NCBI RefSeq assembly: GCF_006345805.1
Contig: NC_042999.1
Location: 90,024,001 to 90,088,000 of the forward strand
Source: Octopus sinensis
Lineage: Eukaryota
Length of the DNA stretch: 64,000 nucleotides
Reading direction: 5' to 3'
Part shown: piece after piece, positions 20,901-42,499 of the stretch
How positions within the stretch are numbered: position 1 is the stretch's first letter
Layout: each line of letters begins with the position of its first letter
Position numbers and translations under genes: made by a program
The notes under the pieces: model-generated
What the model saw: only the letters and a program-made list of their open reading frames with translations
What the model was told of the DNA's origin: nothing
The model's database searches: none

Positions 20901-22966
20901 GCTCTCAGAGCTAACCTCTACTTTAACAGGGAAATGGCCTTAAAACACTTGTGATGTGTTGTTATATTGTGTAACTGATATTTTCCAATTTTGACCTTTG
21001 AACTTTTACAGATGTTGCGGCTAATTAACTGTTCAACAGGATTATTTCAAACTGACCCATGGGACAGATCTTAGGATTAAAGGTTCTGATCTGAATCTGT
21101 GAAAAAAAAAGCTGTCCATCAAATAGGAAACTTCCACTCAACTATACATTTAAATTGTAAGTTCCTTGTTTCTTCTACTGCTACTACAATAGTACTGATC
21201 CTTTGAGTTTTCCAACTGTATAAACCTCTAATTAAACTGATACACTTTTCCCAAGGGTTTTGTCTAATGTACCTCATCTTAAGCTATGGCACTAAATTTT
21301 ATCTGATCTTGCTCTATGATGCTGCATTTCATTGAAATATTCTTCCTCCATATGGTTCAGTCAAACTCAATATTAGCTGTATTAACTTCACCTAACTTCT
21401 CATTCACCTCCAGTTAACCATGACCCCCAGCCACCATTATAGAGTTTCAGTGGGCCTGGAAAGGCATAGGTTCTGTTCCAGCGCTTTAGAACGAACACAG
21501 AAAGTTACCTAATTAATAGATAATAGTTAGGTTGCCAGCTGGAGTAACAAGATTCTTTAATGTGAAGAATTGGCATGAAAGTTTAGTGTTTAAACCTTAA
21601 CATATTCACAATAAACACTATCATAATGTAACCTCAATATTTCCATATTGGCATGGGTTGGATGGTTTGACAGGAGCTGGAGAGCCAGAGGACTATGCCA
21701 AGCTCCAATGTCTATTTTGACATGATTTCTACAGCTGGATGCTCTCCCTAACACCAACCACTTTATAGAGCATACTCGTTTTTTTTTTTTACATGGCACT
21801 AGCACCAGTGAGATCACAAAGTAATTCACAAGACAGGATCCTCAACTGAGATATGCATAGTATTGTGGGAGATGTCAGATAATGAAAGATTAAAGTATGA
21901 TAGAGGGACAGGAACAGATTTCTTGCTGTAGGTGAGATATGTGGTTACCTCAGTTGGAGAAGAGATGTATCAAGGCATACCCTCAAATTACAGGAAGGTA
22001 ACTATGAGAAAGGTGGGGTAGATTACTCATCATATAGTTTGATCACATATTTATAGTAAAGCTATCAACTATGCTACATCAGCAATCAGAGACACTCAGT
22101 CTGTCTTTTAGAACATCTCACAGCCATATTGGATCAAACTTTGAATAAAAAAAAAGGTATTTTATTACATATTATTGAATAGTAATAATTATATGGCTAG
22201 TTAAAATTATATCTGGTTAAGAAATTGATAATGTAAGTGATAATCTTTTATCAATTTGCAGAGTATGAGTGACATATGCAGTAATCCATCAACTATCCAA
22301 AAAACCCTGCCATAGGTGAAAATCCACAAAGTAGAAACAGTACTGTACTGTATATTTTTTTTTATTTCTATAAGTTGCATACATCTATTTTATTATAAAT
22401 GCAAAACAACACCACAGAGTAATTGACGTAAGCTTAAATAATAAAGTGTGATATGATGAGAGATTACTGCAAATGGCAATATCACTTTTCTTCCTTCTTT
22501 CCAACATTGCAGTGCCTATAAAATGTTTAAACATTTTAGCCATTATAGTTTTAAATATACTGGACAGTCAAGCTTCTGTGTTGAAAAAAGTTCACTCATA
22601 GACTTTTGTATAAGACAAAAATCTTTATAGATTTATGAACTTAAAATAGTTATATTAGATAAATTAGGAAATGTTTACAGAACTACGTTGACGGAAGATA
22701 AATCTGAAACTTTTTTTTTTATGGTGGTGGACTTTATTTAATCATTAAATAAAGTTTTTAAAAATTCTTTTTTATTTGATAATTTTAATCCTGATTAAAA
22801 AATATATGTACATTGTATAAGTGTACGTAAATGTACACAAATACTCGAGAGAATAATGGATTGTATGCTACCATCAGAGATTGAAGTGAGCAGGACGATA
22901 TACATCACCCTTAATCCCACAAGTGATAGTCCTATTCTTCCTTCTATTTCGTTAGGTGACAAGAAT

Positions 22967-22981
22967 ATGCTGGGTGAATAA
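22967..22981 (+). promoter_or_regulatory. uORF MLGE* ending 1 nt before the ATG5 start
   Basis: ATG CTG GGT GAA TAA c ATG, downstream of the likely acceptor gttag|g at 22955. Confidence 0.55.
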
Positions 22982-22982
22982 C

Positions 22983-32165
<9,183 letters not shown>

Positions 32166-33309
32166 TCAGTTGACAAGACACCTCATTATAAGACAAAACC
32201 ATCCATCTAACAATTCACTGTTATTGAAAAATTAGATGAAAACTGATTCTTGCTTATTTCTCTATTTGGATTTTGCTTGCTGAGAATGTAACTGACTCTT
32301 CTGATAAATACAATATATATTAATTTATAATTAAATTGAAACGGACTAGATAAATTAAAAAAAGAATACTTACATATATATATTTTAATGCTTATGGTAT
32401 ACATCAAAAGTAACTTTTAATTTATGCTGGAGATAAGCAATGAAAACTGATATAAAATCTTACAGTCTAAAGTCAGTATATTTTTTTGAATCTTGTTAAA
32501 CTTCAATAATAACCTCCAAAGACAGAATGTTCATATTCTCATATTTGTGTCATTTGCTGTAGTAAGGTGATCCTGGAAGGTTTATCAAAACCTCATCTTT
32601 AGAAAGGTTTGTTTCCAAAATACAAGGTACTAATGATTCCATCCTTGTTGTTTGAACTCACCTCTCTAAAATATCATTTTCTGAAGTTTGACAAGTAAAT
32701 TGAGGAAATATATTTTGCATGAAAAATACTGGGACAGTTGCTTGATCTTTGATTGCTGGGAGCAAATATTTTGTTTTATTTATTGCTATGACTGCTGCCT
32801 ATCTAGACACAATACTGGCATCAATTACAAAATAAAGACATATCAAGACCACTGCAGTTTGCAATTAAAACTCAATTAAACAATAGATTGAAAGTTATAT
32901 TCTCTCATCCTACAAGAAAGGTAATTTAGGCATAGCTAAAAAGTATAGAGGAATTACTCTTATAGCAATAACACTAAAAATTTGCAACAAATTGTTTCTG
33001 GACCATATACCACCAGGATTCAGGAAAAATCTTATCAAGAAACCAAAGTAGGGTCAAGAAAAATTGGTCTACTTTTGAACAGATCTTAACTATTTGAGGG
33101 AGATGGAATTAAAAATCTACAGGTAGTCTTACTATTTGTAGACTTTTTAAAACCTTTCACCTGTGTCCACCAAGTTAAAAATGGAGAAAATTATTTTTAC
33201 ATGCTATATGTTTCAATAAGTTGTAGCAGTTGTGATGATGCTCTACAAGAACATAATTACTAAAGTATTATCACCTATGGAGACAAGAATTTATTCAACA
33301 TAAATTCAT

Positions 33310-33895
33310 TACCTTGCAGGGTACCCTGTTGGCAACATTCCTATTTACTAAGTCCTTTGCACTTCAAATGACAAAATTAAAGAAATCAGTTTCGCTCTTA
33401 GAAAGTCCACCTCTCTTTATCATCCATCCATAACAATAACACACTCAGATTATAGTGATGATATCACTCTTTGCAGACATCATCTCAGAAGCTACCCAAA
33501 TTCCACATAATCTTTAAAAAGCAGCAGAATATATTGATTCATATGTCAATACTTCAAAGATTGAATACATCTGCTATAATTAGGAATCCACAATAAACAC
33601 ACAAAATTCTATAAAATCTGGATTTTTTTCATACATTTTGGAAGCAACTTGGCATCATCAGAAAAAGATAAAACTTGTTTCATAAAGCATGGGCTGTTCT
33701 TTTGATGATCTATGTCATCTGAAAGTTGTTGCATTCTGATGGTCTTAAGAGAAGCTTCTAGGTCAATGTGGAATCAGTGTTATTTTACAAGCCCACTGCT
33801 TGAACACTCCCCAAACACCTGAAAGCAAGGCTTGATGGCATCTATACCAACATCAAGTTACCAGCCATTCTGAATGTCTCCTGGAACAACATCTA
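33310..33895 (+). mobile_element. Highly decayed LINE RT remnant (RTE-X-like)
   Basis: Fragments reading LATFLF, DYSDDITL, VNTSKIEYI, FGSNLASSEKD, KAWA, VESVLFY, RLDGIYT and ILNVSW in the expected order. Confidence 0.6.
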
Positions 33896-35029
33896 AACAA
33901 AGACTCTCTCTGACTAAACAAAGTCTCTCTCTCTCACACACACACATATTTATAGACAAAATCTTGAAGTTCCATTCAACTTGATCCTCACTATAAATTT
34001 GACTTTACTCCCAGAGAGCCATCCCATCAATAAATGTTCCGCTATGTTTCTTAAACTTTGAAATAAAAACTGTATTTTAACATATATACAACAGGCATAC
34101 AGACAGTTTCTGTGTACCAATTAAACTCACAAGGCATTGATTTCCCAAGACGCCTCACAGAGGGACTGAACTCATTACTTATAATGGTTTTTCTATGTCA
34201 GCATAAGTCTTTAGTATAGCTTGTCACCACACAACCTAATTCTGAGTCATATTAGTGTGTGAACTAACATGAAATTTGACCTTCATATTTCTCGTGTTTT
34301 GTTTGGCCTTTATTATGAATACATCTTCCACAATCAGAACACGATGCCTTTTCACAGAATACTCATTGTTAGTTCACATTACATTCCCATAACAGCTCAG
34401 TTGTTTCTCTGGTATACATTAGTTGATACCTTTAATGTCCAGTCACAATCTTCATTTCATTTATATTCCTGTAAATAATAAAATTGCAAGTAAAGTTAGA
34501 GAAGAGGAAAAAAGACTTGCTCAATAATACAATGGCATGTTGAAACTTCAGTTATTCCTCAATGAATTGTAAGTCATACAAATAGCTAATGGTAATTATT
34601 ATCTATGTAAATTCTTCACAGCAGATGAGTTGCTCTGAAAATAAGTTCACGTTGTTAAGTTGTACCACTTTCTCAAAGGCTTCAGTAAACACATTTTATT
34701 AATTTCATTTTTACTTTATTTATTTATTCTGTATATGTAGTAATAGTTGAGAATATCCGTAGAAACCATGATTAACGTGTCACATGTTATAGTGTGCTGT
34801 GATATAAACACTACACTAACCATAGGAAGCTGATCAAAGTGCCATAAATGAATAAAATGTAGCCAAGGTAATTTCAAATTACATATGTTACCATATTTGC
34901 ACCATGTAAATATTTATGTATATGAAAACACACACACACTAAGCCCAATATATATGTTACTCTCTGAACAGAATGTTTATCCAGTTTTCTGCAATGTAAG
35001 AAGTTGAGAGTCATTTGATGAATATAATC

Positions 35030-35345
35030 ATCATCATCATTAAACAAAAAGTTTTCAATGCTGGCATAGGTTGGACGATTTGATTGGAGCTGGTAAGGCC
35101 AGGGGCTGCACCAGGCTCCATTGTCTGTTTTAGCATAGTTTCTATGGCTGGATGCCCTTCCTAATGCCAGTCACTCCACAGAGTGTACTGGGTGTTTTTT
35201 TTTTTTTGTGACACCAGCACCTATACTTTTTACGTGGCGCCAGCACTGGTATCAATTCTACTGTGGCAAACAAGTCTTCTTGAGTACAGCAAGGTGCCAA
35301 ATATCTCAGTCCTTTGTCATTTCCATCGTAATGCTCAGTATCATG
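35030..35345 (-). mobile_element. RTE 3' tail fragment
   Basis: (CAT)n plus ggctggatgcccttcctaatgcc and aatatctcagtcctttgtcatttc, as in the other tails. Confidence 0.65.
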
Positions 35346-35387
35346 TATCTTTCATCACACAATTTTATGGTAATCTGATATATGTAT

Positions 35388-36575
35388 ATGAGGAATCTAA
35401 GACTGGCTACCCTTGGGAGCTCCTCTATGTTGATGACTTAGTTCTTATTGCTGAATCACAACCAGAACTAGAGAAGAGATTTCAGGTATGGAAGCACGGA
35501 CTGGAATCTACGGACCTTTAGAGTTAATTTAGCAAACACCAAAGTATTGATAATTATAAAAACAGACAAATCACAGAACCCTTCTGGGAGATGGCCCTGC
35601 TTGATATGTAGAAAAGTTGTTAGGAGAAACTTCATAAGGTGTACCCAGTGCAAGCTATAGGCACATAAGAGGTGCAATGGTATCACTGGAAGACTAACAG
35701 AGAAAGCAGTCTTTACATGTGGAAGATGTGCAGGTACATTAAACACCAGGAATGTACAAAAACTAAACTCCCTCAAATGTCAGTGGGGAGTCCCTAGAAG
35801 TAGTAGATAGTTTCCATTAATTAGGTGACCGAGTTAGTAGTAGGGGAGGTTGTTCCAAAGGCATAGATGCTAGAATAAGAATAGGCTGTGCAAAGTTCAA
35901 GGAGCTACTACCTCTGTTAGTAGCAAAGGGCCTCTCCATCAGAGTGAAAGGTAAGTTGTATGATGTCTGTATGAACAACTATGCTACATGACAGTGAGAC
36001 ATAGGCTGTTACTACTGAGGATATGCATAGGCTTGAAAGAAATGAAACCAGTATGCTTCACTGTATGGGTAATGTCAGTGCACATATATGACAGTGTAAG
36101 TATTCTGAGAAAAACCTGGGTATACAAGGCATCAGATATAGTGTGCAAGAGAGAACACTGCACTGGTACAGTAAGGTAATACATATGAATGAAGACAGTT
36201 GCATCAAGAGGTGCCAATTCCTAATTGTAGAGGGAAGATGTGGAAAGGGTAGACCCAGGAAGATGTGGGACAAATTGGTGAGAAATGATCTACAGACATT
36301 GGGACTCACAGAGGGGATGACAGGGGACTGAGACTCCTAGAAGTTTGCTATGCTCAAAAACACATGTCAAGCTAAGTAAAATTGTGGTTGCTCTTGCATC
36401 CCTTTCCAGCTGAGTATTCCTAATCTTGCAGGCCTGTAGGTGCTGGTGCTACATAAAAAGCACCCATGCCAGTGCCATGTAAACGTACCCATACTGGTGC
36501 TGCATGAAAGCACCCAGTAGACTCTAGAGTGGTTGGCATTAGGAAGGGCATCTAACCGTAGAAACCATGCCAAAA
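35388..36575 (+). mobile_element. Decayed RTE LINE (RT C-terminal half plus partial 3' UTR)
   Basis: KTGYPWELLYVDDLVLIAES, CTQCK..HKRC, LHWYS..MNEDSCIKRC..GRPRKMWD; parallels the 960-1990 copy. Confidence 0.85.
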
Positions 36576-36584
36576 CGTATGCCA

Positions 36585-37383
36585 AAGTTGTACATAAGAA
36601 GCATCAGATGTGGTGGTCATGTATTGCATATGAATTAGGACAGCTGTGTGAAAAGTGTCACACCATAGCAGTAGAGGGAACCTGTGGAAAAGGTAGACCC
36701 AGGAAGACTTGGAATGAGGTGGTGAAGCATGACCTCTGAACATTGGGCCTCACCAAGGTGATGATAAGTGACCGAGATCTTTGGAGATATGTTGTGCTTG
36801 AGAAGACCTGGCAAGCCAAGTGAGGCCATAAATGGCCTGTACCAGTGCAGCATAATCAACCCATTTAAGAGTACCCTTCAATCATTGGACAATAAACTGT
36901 GCTTGCGAAGCCTGTTGATTGGAACCTATGCCAGTGGCAGATAAAAAGCACCATTCAAGCGTGGCCGATGCCAGTGCTGCCTGACTGGTCCCATGCTGGT
37001 GGCACATAAAAAGCACCATTCGGGCGTGATTGTTGCCAGTACTGCCAGACTGGCTCCTGTGCCGGTGGCATGTAAAAAGCACCATTTGAGCGTGGCCGAT
37101 GCCAGTACTGCCTGAATGGTCCTGTGCCGGTGGCACATAAAAAGCACCATTTGAGCATGGTCATTGCCAGTGCCGCCTGACTGGCCCTCATGCTGGTGAC
37201 ATGTAAAAAGCACCCACTACACTCTTGGAGTGGTTGGCGTTAGGAAGGGCATCCAGCTGTAGAAACTTTGCCAGATCGGATTGGAGCCTGGTGCAGCCTT
37301 CTGGCTTACCAGCCCTCAGTCAAACCGTCCAACCCATGCCAACATGAAAAGTAGGCGTTAAACGATGACAATGATGATGATAA
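36585..37383 (+). mobile_element. RTE 3' end with ~5 tandem ~63-bp hairpin modules and (GAT)n tail
   Basis: VEGTCGKGRPRKTWNEVVKHDL; aaaaagcacc at ~36943, 37008, 37074, 37139 and 37205; conserved tail motif. Confidence 0.85.
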
Positions 37384-38118
37384 CATGACTGGCATAACCA
37401 TCACTATACTTGGCCTCATCACAACATACACACATCTCTACCATCTATTACACATACCACCATCACTACAAACATATCTATATCTTCCACTATTACAAAA
37501 CCCTCCTCTACCATTTCACATACCTGTTACCATTATTACTTCATTACACACATCACTCACTATCACTGCAATTACACACACACCTCCATTAGTTATACCA
37601 CTATTACATACCTTACCATCACTTAGTACAACTTCACAAACTAATGAAGGAGCCTATAAGTGGTTGTCAATTTGCTAGAAATAGTTACCAAATCTCACTC
37701 AAATCACTACACACACTGTAATAGAAGACATTGTGATCTTCAATTCCTTGCACATAGCAACACGTAAGAAAAAGTGGAATGTCCTTCATCACAGGTTTGT
37801 TCGATCAGGGTTGACCTGTGGCTAAATAAAGAACAGCAACAACAACTACAACTATAGCACAAATGCCCAGACTGACTCCATATAATAAACTACTCTTCAA
37901 AGAGTGCAGTGTAATCTTCATCTAAGTAGAGGTAAGTTATATTTGAAGTCCTGGGTCAGTAACTAGTTACCTACGAACTATATTTTTCAAATTCACTTGA
38001 CCAGAGGTGACCAAGGCTACACACCACAATCAAAATCAACACAGTTACTTAACCTGCTTGAGAAAAAAGTTAAATCCCTTTTGGATTGTACCCTACTGCC
38101 ACTGAAATGCTCAAATAT

Positions 38119-38188
38119 ATAGGATACATGCTTCCTGAATATAATATGTCAGAATAGGATACATGCTTCCTGAATATAATATGTGAGA
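38119..38188. repeat. 35-bp tandem duplication
   Basis: ataggatacatgcttcctgaatataatatgt(c/g)aga x2. Confidence 0.9.
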
Positions 38189-39514
38189 AAAGATAAAGCA
38201 GTTGCAAGTAGAACGTCAATCAAATTTTAACACAGAAACATCATTAAACATACTACCACCATATCCTTTTCTACTAAATACTGCCATCACCACAACTAAA
38301 TTACCACCATCTTCTAATATGTTTTCCCTTCTCAATGAATGTACTGAAAACGTTAATGAGATGAAGTATATGAATGTAGCCTTCCATATGTGGCAGCACA
38401 CTCTTCAATGTAACATCCCTTAATAATAATATACATGTATTCTCATACACATGCAGAGCCACACATTAGTATTCACACTTGGGAACACATATATGCAGAA
38501 AACCCCTCCAACACATGTATCCAGCAGTCACACAACTACAGATATTTCAAAGCATGCTTAGACATAGAAAAACAAACACACATGCATACAGGCAGACAGG
38601 TTCATACACCAAATGACCTAGACACATACCCACACATATCCATATTCTCACATTGCACTGTGCTGGAGCTGTGTTCAACAGAGATGTTTACTACCATTTC
38701 CATTGAATGACAAGGACTGCCATTGTCAGGGTAAATAACAGTTATTGATGTTTCAGTAGTATAGGACAGAGTGAGAAGAGATATCGGAAATATTTTTGCA
38801 CTAAATAGTCAACATTCCACCACTATACTCAAGCATATTTATATGTTTAGCTGTTTTGTTGCCAGCCTTACTATATCATAATTATGTTCAAAACAGCACA
38901 TATGAAAGTGTCCAAAGTTAACCATCTAACCGTGAAATTATATTTCATGGTTATTCTAATAATGATGTTAAATACCTACCAAAAAAAAGAGAACTGGTAT
39001 TTTCTGTAAGTCACATTACCTCAATAAATTCAACATATCTCAACAAAAAATAGTTTCAAACATGGCATCCTCAACAAAAGATAGATTGGTATATAAAATT
39101 ACTTTCTGCCATTCAGGATAAGAAAATTTTGAACAGATATATCTGATTGAAATTTCAGTTGGTAAAACTTCCATGAAATGGTATTATTTAATAATCTTTT
39201 GTTGTTTACCAAATACCAACTTGCTTGAAAAGCAGCTAAATCTCCCTCGAAGAACACCCAACTATCTTGAAAAGAGAATACATTAGATAGTGTAGTACTA
39301 CATATTACTAAAAAGACATGGTTAGACTATTTCAGATCAGGATTGATTGAGAGCAAGGCAACAGCCACTGAATAAAACAGGAGTATATTGGATTGTGAAA
39401 AAAGCAACATTTCCAGATAATTATATAATAATAATACTAATAATAATAATAATGAATGAAATTATTGTAAACTATTGGATGTTAGGGTGTGTAGTATAGT
39501 CCTCAACTAGCATA

Positions 39515-39790
39515 TCTGTAGAATTGGATTCACTGCACATAGGACCATAGTTCTGATAAACTGACAAGAGCTCAGCATTCAATAACCCCATCAAATTTTT
39601 TATCATTGTGGAAATAAAAAGGGCACAGGCAATTTATTACTGAGGTACAGAGATGAAAGTGAAGCTCTTTCAAGTAAAACTTCAAATTTTCAGCATGCCA
39701 TGCAGTTCTGCAAACAATGTGACATGTGCTTAGTCTGAGATAATGTAGAACTACTAATAAACTAAAAAGGATATTAACTAGTTTTACCCT
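39515..39790 (+). mobile_element. Possible Penelope-like GIY-YIG endonuclease remnant
   Basis: Broken frames read IGFTAH, FNN.IKFF, RYRDESE, LSSK and CKQCDMCL, in the order expected for the PLE endonuclease C-terminal region. Confidence 0.35.
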
Positions 39791-39839
39791 TCACTTCCTA
39801 CTATCATTCCCTAACCATACACCATCCACATGCAAAATC

Positions 39840-40330
39840 TGCATTGATTCCATTACAAAGATCTTGAAAACACCTTTCAATGGGACCATGTCAACTTTGT
39901 CTCTTTTAACAATAAACCTCAAGCAATAATCACACAGAAAAAATACCATTGCACCATTGAGCACCACTCAATGACAGCCCTTGTAGTTACTCCACATGTT
40001 GGGCACCAACATCAACAGAGTATCTCAAGTGACAAAAGCACAGCCTTAGTATAGTCAGGATCACATCTCAAAGATTAGACCTTCCCTCTAGGGCCAAGAG
40101 ATATTTCAACCGCTCTTTCTCTTCAAGATTCAAGTGAAACTCACAAAAGAGGACTGCTCCCACATTAGTGCTGCTATGCACAGAGTTTCTGAATCACATC
40201 CAGGGAGAGATCATTCAGCTGATTGACACTCCAGAGACAATCCAGTTTTCCCCACGGACATGCTGTCTCCTCTCTCGATCTTTTCTCTCACTATTTTAAT
40301 GGCCTCTACCCTTCAGAGTTGGCTAGTCCC
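39840..40330 (+). mobile_element. Decayed CR1/L2/Jockey-group LINE RT remnant
   Basis: DLENTFQWDHVNFVSFNNKPQ and LFSHYFNGLYPSELA resemble the DL....W...N.V.FN..KTQ and LFYRYF.G.CS.ELA motifs. Confidence 0.6.
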
Positions 40331-40500
40331 CTATCCATCCATACTAGTAATAACTAAATGAAATATTATTCATGTTACATGTGAATGCAAATACATTGAT
40401 GTTAAAAGGGTTAATACACTAAACTTCAGCTCTTTATATTGTTTTTCTTACTGATCTTACCACTTAGGATTCTGAGCTTTCCTGAATTACAAGGAAAAAT

Positions 40501-41618
40501 CATCATCATCATCATCATCGTTTAACGTCCACTTTCCATGCTAGCATGGGTTGGATGATTTGACTAAAGACTGGTGAGCCAGATGGCTACACAAGGCTCC
40601 AAACTGATCTGGCAGAGTTTCTACAGCTGGATGTCCTTCCTCATGCGAACCACTCCGAGAGTGTAGAGGGTGCTTTTAGATGCCACTGGTACAAGTGCCA
40701 GTCAAGCGGTACTGGCAATGGCCACACTCAAATGGTGTTTTTTAATACCACCTGCACAGGAGCCAGTCCAGCAGCACTGGCAAGGACCTCGCTTGAATGT
40801 TTTTTCACGTGCCAGTAAGGCTACGCTGGTAATGATTCCACACAAATAGTACTTTTTACATGCCACCGGCATGGAAGCCAGTCAGCTGCACTAGCAACGA
40901 TCATGCTTGGATGGTGCTCTTAGTGCTCCACTGGCACGGGTGCCAGTCATCAAATTTGATTCAATTTCGATTTCACTTGCCTCAACAGGTCTTCGCAAGC
41001 AGAGTTTAGTGTCCAATGAAGGAAAGGTACATATAAGTGGACTGGTTACACCCCTGGCATAGGCTACTGGTTATGGTCTCACTTGGCTTGCTGGGTCTTC
41101 TCATGCACTGGCAACGATCATGCTAGGATGGTGCTTTAGTGCTCCACTGGCACGGGTGCCAGTCATCGAATTTGATTCAATTTCGATTTCACTTGCCTCA
41201 ACAGGCCTTCGCAAGCAGAGTTTAGTGTCCAATGAAGGAAAGGTACATATAAGTGGGCTGGTTACACCCCTGGCATAGGCTACGGGTTATGGTCTCACTT
41301 GGCTTGCCGGGTCTTCTCATGCACTGCATATTTCCAAAGGTCATGATCACTAGTCATTGCTTCGGTGAGGCCTAATGTTCGAAGGTCGTGCTTTACCACC
41401 TCATCCTAGGTCTTCCTGCGTCTACCTCTTCCACAGGTTCCTTCAACTGCTAGGGTGTGGCACTTTTTCACACAGCTATCCTCATCCATTCTCACCACAT
41501 GACCATACCAGTGCAGTCGTCTCTCTTGCACACCACATCTGATGCTTCTTAGGTCCAACTTTTCTCTCAAGGTACTTCCACCCTGTCAAGTATGCACACT
41601 GACATTACACATCTAGCA
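40501..41618 (-). mobile_element. RTE 3' end with hairpin modules and an internal 217-bp duplication
   Basis: (CAT)n left end; minus-strand LREKLDLRSIRCGVQERRLHWYGHVVRMDEDSCVKKC..GRRRKT. Confidence 0.88.
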
Positions 41619-42300
41619 TGTTTTTTTGTAATTGAATAATTATTTAAATTCTTACTAATCAAGAAAATTTCATTGAAATTAAACCTGAAATCATAGAACA
41701 AGGCTGTATTGACAGAGGACTAGACAACTAAGAAGTTAATGTTTCATGTCCTATTACCAGTACTATTTTTTGTTTATTTTTTTTGCTTTTGGCGGGAGGG
41801 GAAGTATCCATAGCTTTCTCAAATCCTCTGAGACCAGTATATATTTGATGTTATTAACATTCCATCTTTGTATAGTGGCATGGGTTGAACAAGTCAGAAG
41901 TATGGCATGGCATTCATTGCCTTCATTCTATGTTATTTCAATTATGAATTTCAACATCCTCAGGTCTGATTTCACATCATCACAGACCTTTAATTAAGGC
42001 ATCTTCCAGTTATTAAGTGTTTTTATTTATCATACCTTATTACAAGTGATGCAGCTGACCAGTGCCTGAAGGTTCATTTACAGCTGTTGGTAAAAATATA
42101 CTCAATGTGTAACTGATATATAGTTGCCAACAGCCCAGTCTACTTAGATGTAAATAAGTATCCTGCAGGATACTGTTTACTGAGATAAGAACCAGTACCA
42201 CAGTATAGTTGCTAAGTATTTTATTAGGTTGCACTGCTCAACAAAAATACTTCCATGTACGCATAAAAAAATACAGCTGAAAATTGCATGTGAGGTTTTA

Positions 42301-42499
42301 AGAGGCGGGTGCTGAAAAGTTCCTGGTTTTGGGTAAAAGAAAATACAATACAATGATTTTATTCAAGATACACTCCTCTCAGATTCACACACTTATTGTA
42401 GCAGTCCCTCAGTGTTTCTAAGCCCTGTAGAAGAAGGTTAGGTGTCTAAGCAGGCCTATCATGATACCTTTAAGACAGGAACTTTACAGCACCCTTTTG
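42301..42499 (-). mobile_element. Mariner-derived MITE
   Basis: TA-flanked TIRs gggtgctgaaaagttcctg / caggaactttacagcaccc; internal minus-strand CVNLRGVYLE* resembles a mariner C-terminus. Confidence 0.75.

Noticed and set aside
36920-37220. CRISPR-like repeat-spacer appearance (also ~9400, ~27300, ~40700)
   Set aside because: The spacers are similar to each other, the context is a eukaryotic RTE 3' UTR, and there are no cas genes.
37385-37678. His/Thr/Leu-rich ORFs
   Set aside because: Low-complexity CA/CAT-rich sequence following an RTE tail.
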